From: a virus
Reading direction: 5' to 3' (one strand)
IMG/VR virus record: IMGVR_UViG_3300035204_001874
Coordinates: 32,001-96,000 of that record
DNA: 64,000 bases
The position numbers and the translations under genes were made by a program. Within the stretch, counting starts at the first letter, position 1; each line of letters starts with the position of its first letter. Positions 56,801 through 64,000 of this stretch are shown piece by piece. Under the pieces are notes generated by a model, which was not told the DNA's origin, did not search any database, and was given only the letters and a program-made list of their open reading frames with translations.

Positions 56801-59800
56801 TTCCTGCTGCGCCCATGCCTCCACCCACGGCATCTTGAACAGCCTTAGCTAAATCTCCCGCTGCCCTACCTTTTCTTATTGGGTCACTAGTTACGGTAAA
56901 TCTTGTGGCCGCTCTTTGGATGGTTCTTGTCTGTTCGCGCTCTTTCTTTCTGTCTGAGAAAGCGTCTGCGCCACCAGCAGCTTGTATAGCTCTATTAATT
57001 TCTAGTTGCTTTTTCTGTTCTATTAATTGCTTTAGGTGAATTTGGGTTTGTTTCGCGGTTTCCAAGCTCATCTTGCTAATTTGTTGAAGCATAGCCTCTT
57101 CAAGCTTGATTGATTCAGTGGCACCACCCGTTTCTTGGAACATTTGCAAAGCCATTGCTTCTGGTCCACCCTCTTTCAATACCCCAGCAATTTTATCAAA
57201 ATTAAGGTCTCCAGATTGGCGGAGATTGGTAATTTCTCTTATCATCTCAGCATCACCTGAGGCTTGAGCATCTGCCATCGCTTCGTCTAGTGCCGCGTTA
57301 GCAAAAGCGTCACTCATAGCCTTATTCATCTCTCTTGGACCCCAACCTTCGGCTGCTGCTTGTTTTTGGATTCGTCCAGTGGTATCCATTGCAATTTTTT
57401 TGGCTTTCATTACAGCTTCATTAGCAACAACGCCTCCCCTTGTCCCAGTCCTTGTGGATTCTGCTGCGCCTAACAAGCCTTGCGTTATGAAGTTGGCGAA
57501 TTGCCCTTGAGCCTCCGCTCTTGCGCCAGCCATATCTACACCAGCCTTTTCCAAAATTTCATTCATCTTGGCTGAACCCTCGGCGGCCTGTATGGTGCCT
57601 TCGCCAGTCGTTAACGCTGCGGTTTGGACCTCGGCCCTGAAGGCTTCCCTTCCAACGTCTCCCATTAATCTGCCACTCATTACGGTTCGGGCTTCCCCAG
57701 GCACGTTGGTTACTTGGCCACCAGCACCCATTATTGGTTGACCTTGCCTTGGACCACCCGGTATCGGTCCACCAAGAATGGGTTGGAAAACACCACGCGC
57801 TGTTCGGCCAGCCACACCTGTGCCCATCGCTGCTGCGTGCATACCTCCCGCAATTCGAGGGGTTTCTCTTCCAATTGTTATTCCTTGGCCGCCCGCGATG
57901 CCAAATGCGGCAGCTTTATCGATGCCTCTTTGCTGCGCGAAAATCTTCCTTTCTACGCGGGCTTTCTGCAATTCACCTAGGCTTCCCACCATGTCTTGTA
58001 TGGCTGAGTTTGCTGCTTGGGTAGCAGTTTTGAGCCGCTGCATTACATCAAGATTTTTTTCTCTAGAATGCGTTAATACGTCCATTAGCTCCTTATCTCT
58101 TTTCCTCTTGTCGGACGCTTCCTTAAGTTTCATCATGAAGACCTTCATGTCTTCTCCGCCCTTCTTAAGTTGCTCTGCAAACTCTTTGGTCATTACGCCT
58201 TGTCTTTGTAACGCAGATACCGCAGCTTCTGCCCCAGAAGCTGTCGATAAGGTGGCCATGTTCAAGCCATCAAACTCACTGGTCATTTTATCTAGCTGTT
58301 CAGGCTCCAAGTTAGTGGTGAAGTCTCTAACTGCGGTTCTAAAGTTCTCCTTCGTTTCTAATTCTTGAGCGTCTGTTTGATATCCGACAACCATACGTTT
58401 TGAGAACAATCCACTACCTCCTTCTGAGATTCCTCCGCCCCCGAAGAGAGACATTCCCCACCTGCCTTTAAGAGCTTTGAGATTAGCTTCAGCCATAGAC
58501 ATGGTTGATTCTGTTACGTTTTGTTTCCTTGATATTGTGTCTTGAGCTTGAGCAATCAGTTGTTGTCTCTGCTGTGGGTCAGCGGTAGCCGCCAATTCAG
58601 ACTTAATCTCTCGTCCTTCTTCGGTGTCAGGTATAGCGTTTAAAGTATCCATTAACTTCTTGTTTAAAGCGTCAATGGTTCTAGTGGTAACAGTCGGGTC
58701 TCCGTAAGCGTCAGTAAGTTGGCCAAGTGTCTGAGAATATTCTGTTAAAGCAGAGGAAAGTTCTTGGAATTTTGCTTTATTTATTTCGGCTATCTTCCGC
58801 ATATCCACAACCCCCATGAAACCGTCTATAGCGGCAGCACCAACAGAACCGATGCCGATCATTGCTGCGGCTGCCATGCCAGCGGGACCAGGCATCGCAG
58901 CCATTGCTTGCATAGCCATAGTTGCGCCAGTGGTGACCCCCTCTAAAGCTTGTCTGGCATTGCTCTGTTCCTCTCCAAAAGCTAACCCAATTCCACCTTG
59001 CGCGAATCCTCCAAATTTCGCTGACGCTTGATACATCCGTCCAGATCGATCCTTCTCTGCCTGTAATTCCTTTTTCTCTTCGATTGCTGATTCAATTCTT
59101 GCTTTTTCACCCTCTTTAACTTGATCGAAAGACTGCCCTTTTTCCATTCCAGCTTTGTATCTGTCTCGCGTTTCCTCTATTTGTTCTAGTTGTTCTTGGG
59201 CCGCTTGCGCTCCCTCTATATTGCCGATCCCTTCTTGTTCTTCGACTTGTTTCTTTTGGTCTGAGACTGCCTTCTCTAAAGATTCAATTGCGTTTTGTAG
59301 TTTTCTTTCGCCTTTTTCTCCATCTATTTCTTTAGTTTTAGCTTCTAGAGAAGCGTCAGTAAGGGCTTTGCTTGCTTTTGAGTTTTCCGCAAGTTCAGAG
59401 GTTAACTCTGCCACTTGTGCTTGTAGGTCTTCGAACGACATTCCTTCTGCTGTCTCTGCATCGCCACCCGTCGCCTCTAGTTTTCCGCTTATCTCTTCTT
59501 TTTTGGCTTCGAGAGTTTCAGTTAGATTGCCCTTTCCTGAATCCTTCATAAAGGTTGCGGCTTCTTCTTGTTTTTTCGCAAATTCCTCTTCTGAAAGTTC
59601 ACCCCTTTCTCCTGAAATGACGACCTCTATTATCTTCTTCTCTTTTTCTAACTCTGCTGCTTTTGAGACTCTGGTTGCCATTTCGCTCTTGGCGGCTTGA
59701 AGGCTTTCTCTTGTTTCTTCGGTCTTTGACTTCGCTTGAATTTGCTTTGCAAGAAATGATTTTTTCTCGTCCTTGTCTTTGGCTCGCTTTTCAGCTTCTG

Positions 59801-62800
59801 ATCTGGATATTTTTGGGCCAGCTTCAATAGTTTTAACTTTTTCTTTAGCGGCTTCTTCTTTCTTGGTATCGCCCGCTTCTTCTGCATCTGACTGTTCTTT
59901 TTTGGCGGCTGCAAGACTAGCTTCGTCAGCTACTGTCTCTGCTTGTAATTTATCTGCTAGTGCCGTCTCAAAAGCTTTAGTATCCATTACTTGTTGCCCT
60001 TGCTTAGATGCAGCTATTTCATCTATATTTTTTAATTCCCCTTCATCAAAAGTTCCTGACTTAATTATATTTTCGCTAAACTCCTTAGCGGCTTTAGTCA
60101 TTATGTTTTTGTTTTTATCTTCAGATTCAGCCAAGAACTTCATTCCTTGGGAAGCGAGAGCGATATCTTTGTCTAGACTGTCAAACTTGTCCTTTGTCAT
60201 GTCCATGCTCTGCATGAGCCCGAGGACAATGGAAAATTGCGCTTGCATTTCCATAAGGTTGCCACTAGCGAAATTCGGAACATCTTTGCCAGACTTAGAG
60301 CCGATACCTCCAGTAAAATTAGGAGTATAACCTTGAGCCATTCCCTGCTTCCAAAACGAAGAACTTGAGGGGGTCATGCTTGCGCCATGCACACTCTTTA
60401 TGCCTCCCAAAGCTGACGTTGGAGAAGAGTGAAAACCTTCATCTATAGTGTTGGTAACAAAAGCCCCGAAGTTAGGAACGCTTCCTTTTGCCATCGTGTG
60501 CAATTGAATCTTGCTTGATGGATTAGGAACCCCTCTTGACGCTAGAGCGGAAGTTTCTCTTTTTATTGCTGCTGATGCACCAGGGATGTCTCTGGAAGCG
60601 GACAAGGCTTGACCAGAAGAAAAGGTCTTTGCAAAGTTCGGAATGAAACCTCTCGCTGCTGCGTCCTTTGAGGGAACAGTTAAATCTGGACCGTCTGACT
60701 CGGGGAGTACCTCTGGTAAATCTTTCGCTTCAGAACCTCCCAGCGTTTCCGCCATCGTTTCTGCGCCTTTCTCCATCTTAAATCTATGCCCTTGATCTTT
60801 CCCTTCAGTCTTGGCTCTCTCAATACCTTCCTCATACTTATCTTCCCCCGAAATAAGGCTGCTTTGTCCCGATATTCTTTCAAAACCTATTTTGCGCCAA
60901 CGTTCAGCTATTTCGTATGCAATACCGGAATCAATTTTACGTTTTACTCCTTCGACGCTTACGGTCTCAAATGGAGCTTTCATTCCTATTTCACCCGTCA
61001 CTTCTTGAGCTTTTTTGAGAGCTTCATCCACCGATTCAAAACCAGCCTCATCTAGGGCTGCTTCTGTTGTTGTGCGTAGGTTTGCAACGTTTGTCACTAT
61101 TTTATCAAAGTTTTCAATTCCCGCTTTTACCATTTTATTTGCGGGAGCTCCGCTAACTTCGAGATGACTTTCGTATAATTCGGGCCATTCACTAAAGCCA
61201 GCCCTTGCTTTTTGCCTTGTGCTCTCAGCTTGACCCATAAGCTTGATGTTTGCTGACTGTACTGCGCTATCCCTAAAGTGTTCGTCAACAACTGAATCTT
61301 TTATTTTTTCATTTTCGAAGAGCTTTGTGTTATGGAAAAGTCCTTCTGGTTTTCTCGCTTCTTCTGTTGACTCTTCGATTGATATGTCGCCATAAGTCTC
61401 CCGAAGAAGGAGCTCTGTAACTTCTTTTCTCTTTTCGGTGTCTGTTTTTTCTGATTGTAATCGTTGAAGAAAACGAAGTCTTGCTCGATCAGTATCCTTC
61501 ACTTTATCCGCGAATACCAAACCGTCTGCTGGAATGGAGGGGGCTGATACAGGAATTAATTTTGACGTAATGACCATACCCTCCGTTTTGGGAGGTTCGT
61601 CTATTGGTAATCCTGCTGATGTTGGTTCTTCATCCTTCTCTAGTGGGCCAACTCCTGTATCAGCCCCCTCCTTTATGGAGCCATCTGTGTATTGTAATTT
61701 TAAATTAAAGCCCTCAAAAACAGTATCTCTTGGACCGTCTTCTTTCCAAGCCGCACCGCCTTTTGCTAGTCTATCGGCGTTATCTAGGATTGTCAGTGGG
61801 TTATCTTCATCAGCTTCATTATACTGAAATTGAAATGCAAATTTGTTTTCTTCCTCATCTTGGTAGGTCATTGCGGCTTTAATACCGAGTTTTTCGGGAA
61901 ACGATCCAGAGTAAGATACAAACTTATCCTCTTTTAAATTTCCAACCGGAGCATCTGGGTCTAGCGGTGGAACTATTGACTCTGGTGGTGGCACTGTTTC
62001 GCCAACTTCTTCGGCAACTTTTTCGGTAACTTCTTCTGCCTTTTCTTCTTCGCGCTTACCCCTAACGATGTCGAATAATTGTTTAGGTAGGTCACTTGAG
62101 TTACCGATCATATGGGATGCGGTTTCCCCAGCGGGGAAATACAGTGCTCTATCGAGTACACCAAGTTTGTCACCCCGATCGACAAGCACATGCTGCCAAC
62201 GTTCATTCTTGTACACCCCAGCCTCTTCACCCTTGAGCCAACGCATTTGCTCGGTATAGCCGAACTTAGCCGCAGTTTCATCATTTATTGGCATCCAGTT
62301 TTCTCTCAGGAGCCCTGAGGCTGGAATTTCTGTAGGTATGACGGGTGGTTGCGGTCCCTCGTCTGCGGGTGGTTTTGTTTTGGGTCGATCCCTTAATACC
62401 GCTGGTGTTTCTTCATCTTTCAAGTATTTGCGTGATGCGGCATCGTCGTAATCCCAATAGCTAGGATTATTTAGTGCTTTGCCCTCCTTGGCGGCGTCTG
62501 GCCATCTAGTGCCCATTAGAGCCTTATCAAGCAAACTAACTGGACCATCCTCTTTCCACCTGTCTATCCTGCTTCCCCTGTCGGATTTTACCGGTTTCTT
62601 TACCGTATCTTTTATTTCTGTAGCCCCAGCGTCTCCCCTCACTTGATAAAATGCGTGGCTGTGAAGTTCAGGCTCGATAAGGGGAGACGCTGGGTTTTCT
62701 AGGTTGGAACCAGTGCCCTCAACTAATCCTACGCGCCAAAATCTATTAGCTTCGTCTTGGAACGTTTGGATTTGAGATATGCCACCAATTGGTTTCGGTA

Positions 62801-64000
62801 ACTTGTACCATTTTGATTTTCCTTGAATTTTTCCAAATGGTGCTGGCGTGAGGTCAGCGGGTGGTACGCCAGCTTTGTCCATTGATCTGTCCTTAGTCGT
62901 CGGTGCGGGTGGCACCGCATCAGGATCAACAACGTCAGCAGCAATCTTTTCTACTTTCTCTCTTGTCGCGGGAGGAACTTCAATTGGCAATGTTTGCGGC
63001 GTTGTTTCAAGCGGGACAAAATTTTTATCAGCTTCTTGTACTCTTTCGACGAATTTTATCGCATCGGTGGGGGGAAATGATTCCCCGCCAGCAAAACCAC
63101 CACCAGGAGTTTCAAAGGCTTCTCTCACCGAAGGTCTATTTACTAATTTGGTACGCTGGTTGCTTACAACGCCTAAGGCGGCTAATTGATCTAGGTTTTC
63201 AACTTCACTAAAGTCATCTTGCATTATCTGGTCTTGCATATTTTTAAAAGTCTCAGACCAGTTTTCATTCTCAGTTTCAAATTTTACGTCGTTATATTCT
63301 ATTCCATATCTATCAGCTAAAAACTTTAACGCTTGATCGTTCCATTGCTCTTCGGTTAATTCTAGCTTGCCTTGGTCCTGCTTTTGAGCCTCAAGCATTC
63401 CAGCATCCCTGAAGGTAAAAATATTTTCTAAATTGCTTCCTGGGTCTGGCAGTCGATCTCTCGATCCGTCTGAGTGCCAGCTTTCGTCAATGTGTTTATT
63501 TTGGAAATCGATATTTTCACCAAGAATTGCTTCATCAAAATTTCCTTCATCAAGTATTTCATCACCCGCCTTCGTAATGCCGTCTCCGCCTAAAGTAACG
63601 TCGTGCCTCCATAACGTATCTCTTCCATCTCTATATTGAGTCCACGCTACGATTCCAGCGTTATCGTGAAACGGATCACCCTGTTGAAGGTTTTGGACTT
63701 CTGGAGTTAAATCTCCGATTGGCCCTTTTTCACTTATCTGTTTCAGGTCAACTTCTTTCTGGTGTTTGGCGATGTCTGTTACTTTTACGTCTTCTCCTTT
63801 GGGTACTGCGCCTGGTGGGTATTCAGGTGGCGGTAGGAGTACATTCTCTGCTTGTTCGGCCTGTTCTGTCGTCGTGACAATATCCGCAGCGGCTTGGATT
63901 GCCTCCTCCGTTTTCTCAGTGGTTCCCATTGGAGGCTGTACTACTGTTGGCTGACTTACTCCTGAGTAGATTTCGGGATATTTGTTTACGATTGCGAGAT
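50859..64000 (-). CDS. Giant tape-measure-like protein, >4370 aa, 5'-truncated by the window
   Basis: Frame stays open past 63929 to the window edge. Long Ala/Glu/Lys/Gln helical regions, Gly/Ala-rich hydrophobic segments, PV.V.N(WP) motifs; heads the tail operon. Confidence 0.75.
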   Translation of the reverse strand, partial: LAIVNKYPEIYSGVSQPTVVQPPMGTTEKTEEAIQAAADIVTTTEQAEQAENVLLPPPEYPPGAVPKGEDVKVTDIAKHQKEVDLKQISEKGPIGDLTPEVQNLQQGDPFHDNAGIVAWTQYRDGRDTLWRHDVTLGGDGITKAGDEILDEGNFDEAILGENIDFQNKHIDESWHSDGSRDRLPDPGSNLENIFTFRDAGMLEAQKQDQGKLELTEEQWNDQALKFLADRYGIEYNDVKFETENENWSETFKNMQDQIMQDDFSEVENLDQLAALGVVSNQRTKLVNRPSVREAFETPGGGFAGGESFPPTDAIKFVERVQEADKNFVPLETTPQTLPIEVPPATREKVEKIAADVVDPDAVPPAPTTKDRSMDKAGVPPADLTPAPFGKIQGKSKWYKLPKPIGGISQIQTFQDEANRFWRVGLVEGTGSNLENPASPLIEPELHSHAFYQVRGDAGATEIKDTVKKPVKSDRGSRIDRWKEDGPVSLLDKALMGTRWPDAAKEGKALNNPSYWDYDDAASRKYLKDEETPAVLRDRPKTKPPADEGPQPPVIPTEIPASGLLRENWMPINDETAAKFGYTEQMRWLKGEEAGVYKNERWQHVLVDRGDKLGVLDRALYFPAGETASHMIGNSSDLPKQLFDIVRGKREEEKAEEVTEKVAEEVGETVPPPESIVPPLDPDAPVGNLKEDKFVSYSGSFPEKLGIKAAMTYQDEEENKFAFQFQYNEADEDNPLTILDNADRLAKGGAAWKEDGPRDTVFEGFNLKLQYTDGSIKEGADTGVGPLEKDEEPTSAGLPIDEPPKTEGMVITSKLIPVSAPSIPADGLVFADKVKDTDRARLRFLQRLQSEKTDTEKRKEVTELLLRETYGDISIEESTEEARKPEGLFHNTKLFENEKIKDSVVDEHFRDSAVQSANIKLMGQAESTRQKARAGFSEWPELYESHLEVSGAPANKMVKAGIENFDKIVTNVANLRTTTEAALDEAGFESVDEALKKAQEVTGEIGMKAPFETVSVEGVKRKIDSGIAYEIAERWRKIGFERISGQSSLISGEDKYEEGIERAKTEGKDQGHRFKMEKGAETMAETLGGSEAKDLPEVLPESDGPDLTVPSKDAAARGFIPNFAKTFSSGQALSASRDIPGASAAIKRETSALASRGVPNPSSKIQLHTMAKGSVPNFGAFVTNTIDEGFHSSPTSALGGIKSVHGASMTPSSSSFWKQGMAQGYTPNFTGGIGSKSGKDVPNFASGNLMEMQAQFSIVLGLMQSMDMTKDKFDSLDKDIALASQGMKFLAESEDKNKNIMTKAAKEFSENIIKSGTFDEGELKNIDEIAASKQGQQVMDTKAFETALADKLQAETVADEASLAAAKKEQSDAEEAGDTKKEEAAKEKVKTIEAGPKISRSEAEKRAKDKDEKKSFLAKQIQAKSKTEETRESLQAAKSEMATRVSKAAELEKEKKIIEVVISGERGELSEEEFAKKQEEAATFMKDSGKGNLTETLEAKKEEISGKLEATGGDAETAEGMSFEDLQAQVAELTSELAENSKASKALTDASLEAKTKEIDGEKGERKLQNAIESLEKAVSDQKKQVEEQEGIGNIEGAQAAQEQLEQIEETRDRYKAGMEKGQSFDQVKEGEKARIESAIEEKKELQAEKDRSGRMYQASAKFGGFAQGGIGLAFGEEQSNARQALEGVTTGATMAMQAMAAMPGPAGMAAAAMIGIGSVGAAAIDGFMGVVDMRKIAEINKAKFQELSSALTEYSQTLGQLTDAYGDPTVTTRTIDALNKKLMDTLNAIPDTEEGREIKSELAATADPQQRQQLIAQAQDTISRKQNVTESTMSMAEANLKALKGRWGMSLFGGGGISEGGSGLFSKRMVVGYQTDAQELETKENFRTAVRDFTTNLEPEQLDKMTSEFDGLNMATLSTASGAEAAVSALQRQGVMTKEFAEQLKKGGEDMKVFMMKLKEASDKRKRDKELMDVLTHSREKNLDVMQRLKTATQAANSAIQDMVGSLGELQKARVERKIFAQQRGIDKAAAFGIAGGQGITIGRETPRIAGGMHAAAMGTGVAGRTARGVFQPILGGPIPGGPRQGQPIMGAGGQVTNVPGEARTVMSGRLMGDVGREAFRAEVQTAALTTGEGTIQAAEGSAKMNEILEKAGVDMAGARAEAQGQFANFITQGLLGAAESTRTGTRGGVVANEAVMKAKKIAMDTTGRIQKQAAAEGWGPREMNKAMSDAFANAALDEAMADAQASGDAEMIREITNLRQSGDLNFDKIAGVLKEGGPEAMALQMFQETGGATESIKLEEAMLQQISKMSLETAKQTQIHLKQLIEQKKQLEINRAIQAAGGADAFSDRKKEREQTRTIQRAATRFTVTSDPIRKGRAAGDLAKAVQDAVGGGMGAAGKKMQDFAIKGNQLRIERFAERNIASLQRKKGRERTVEGKVAIQGMISEMQGLRGRAKTVATHQMEAKLKLENMPNNIEQSMKFLSAINRRLQQGINVIGQDMENEFDPLNDNFSTEIRNQTTQLLSRLDVLNQAIRDQKGESEALQQLEQKRTAAAELVIMAEQKGTFVDDTIADPADRAADAAAKKAAALAAIETGDAASLDTMMANMVDKMDRKNVSLTPDEFKSIESALRTGRFGESRAVEVAKSRTDATKVTVKVPELTREISELTAKIEQANAEGRHADAETLRGQRKDLRFQRGQAAGQLDLRQQSLIRKKDHNENTIALQSGYELSEGRNIGLEDQQMEMPDSSGVNWQAAGMFGGGLVGGGLLLNAILKRNMAKVNETLAKGVSASVAEGVNKALGRETGEKALEKTGGKLGGEAAEATAKEALEKTGGKLGGEAAEATAKGLSKTKIGLIVAAVGGLIWGGKKLHDASTQKVTPQKVTPAEADGAPEGVAAGDTAAATTGDISVGDASLDVAAANIMTSNANVIINGANVAGLEGIDASGPLQAKFSGGLTPPMSPPKVDPETGLPVPLAGGGGFNVKQQMEMMGFTKGKDEKQKENIKDLLDSDELFKGLEHQDFGVVDAINIGFSALTGGAGAAYGTVGRAGFLGTKALKDGARGMQGLKAGFEASKSYTKAAVGAGVLGVIGFQGSEGHMERMRNLSQRRQELGPVQGGFGRAMSAIFTGSTDTKRSMGTAGLTGAAVGAGIGTMLLPGWGTLIGAVVGGIAGVTTEHTKQKAFAARGAQEKMGMYSAMISKGGLSTGDRIIASLLRDILKVNIAMAGKKGMTAITEVTKAEKLAKEEFELRIDAAKEKAKNTKTEKTSKEKMADIRTGKVGPKTEEGGIQAKTVKLEPGGKVNLNPIGKAMPVHVVNISEMGVAGTPRGMIAGMTGGVGGGMNRQAMARINQAWDNMSPAQRQQVQYQMRQMGGAPPAGGAFGQGNRTSPQQQQAERQRMVLRNETLAKTEFMTSADREEEREKIIGRRKERFTEAQRIETAIKAVDESKIKEGQSKEDFEAEKKEKKKKLIEERRLLGATGLTTEQRDQFTKDREELQQLKTKEETETLTDKEKVQKQNLEKRIKDTQARTGKIGQQGYTAQEREMGAALSLGDRGVKEVMSAEQLAGQLGREGEEEAVRSEYIASIDEEINELKSASENEKESLRSKAFGMQVEWGDIMAIEDEDEKKSAMQSWNNRMTKLQKDAEKSGFDMDEEAIKQFGADNRLIQERKETYRSQIVGEDKAYSSMKQLRELADEGDQQAIAQLGYYESIGEKEGKRGRAPVGVYREDGTRVYRKDVDDFEDVGVKGEGDTETERRRQAHIRQLEEDKGKAERGEGITIREGFQDVAPEKVLSQEERTEALKTTEGLKIKIQQRAEKFKELKAREQQIRMQMAGGQIDEATGQQAMGQVRAEMKSEFVGMNVAKNQFYTEEEAKEFKESQKALGSAHTEFAMGPDGRMRAVTPEQKAEMDKKEKEGMNPAQMVGLMAKVAGGMGMGMAKDVQPVFVTNWPGKVQFKPGKGISLRAGSGRLIRRRGMGGYDVGGGYDAGIGGAGGSNQAFPMGGAGAAGQAGAAAGTKGGDAGELRTEARGHGKDGSSLVSSINKETGKGEKTINGKVVATTTDGGKTWKKVGTDEDYKPDDQTRKGFKRIDKQMGRKMGDGGDGRKPSTRTVDPNTGLPVGGRPPVLDAKGLPTEGILKVEITNWPDSIKNWPNVPPTPFAPPTTTPAPTETASVETDETDALPGRFPPVTKDKDWGSTPETGVEPNPASRITMGQSSSVNVMNWPDSIKNTKAPFAGPESNTVTELNEAGEQAVTKEKQAATEGDKSKDNESLLAVLKKINKALDDKEKEKGTANKQGGDTTEITGTLDLINKGEIHLKVQSDGSVSQTEARKASDQVLAQVAGEYSKLRDLVNKTVNEAGIGNGGDNIGAV
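51288..51551. repeat. 24-bp dispersed direct repeat encoding NWPDSIKN
   Basis: ATTCTTGATCGAGTCCGGCCAATT at 51288-51311 and 51528-51551. Confidence 0.9.
55338..55367. repeat. 15-bp tandem duplication (QKVTP x2)
   Basis: GGGAGTTACTTTTTG twice in tandem. Confidence 0.9.
55454..55573. repeat. Perfect 60-bp tandem duplication
   Basis: 55454-55513 is identical to 55514-55573; encodes ALEKTGGKLGGEAAEATAK twice. Confidence 0.95.

Noticed and set aside
51043-63954. Many long + strand ORFs opposite the giant gene
   Set aside because: Ser/Phe/Leu/Pro-rich antisense shadows of a biased coding strand, with no motifs or promoters.
1-64000. Stop-codon recoding, tRNA or rRNA genes
   Set aside because: Genes are intact under the standard code with TAA, TGA and TAG all used as stops; intergenic gaps are too short and no cloverleaf was noticed.

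Overview
The window is a fragment of a large tailed dsDNA bacteriophage (jumbo-phage-like, standard genetic code, tightly packed genes, little Shine-Dalgarno signal). 1-8190 (+): truncated dNMP-kinase-like gene, a phage sigma factor, and a glycan-modification cluster (GT4-, GT9- and GT17-like glycosyltransferases, two FkbM methyltransferases, a SET-domain protein, an RfaE/HldE-type adenylyltransferase, Gmd). 8225-18218 (+): recombination/replication operon with RecA, an endonuclease, DnaB, a divergent primase, an AddB/Cas4-like nuclease and a Pol III alpha split into separate PHP, proofreading-exonuclease and polymerase genes. 18222-31025 (-): two very large Cys-rich virion-type proteins. 31072-35460 (+): an island with a Whirly-like SSB, glycosyltransferases and a putative single-strand annealing protein. 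35457-64000 (-): a tail operon headed by a tape-measure-like ORF of more than 4,370 aa that runs off the window. The most striking signal is a small C-x(7-16)-C...W module inserted in seven virion proteins, often nested inside copies of itself up to 3-4 levels deep. Also notable: two promoter classes (near-leaderless sigma70-type, and a GGTGTAAT motif probably read by the phage sigma) and a GT9 enzyme apparently split across two genes. All family assignments come from motif recognition by eye, not from database searches.
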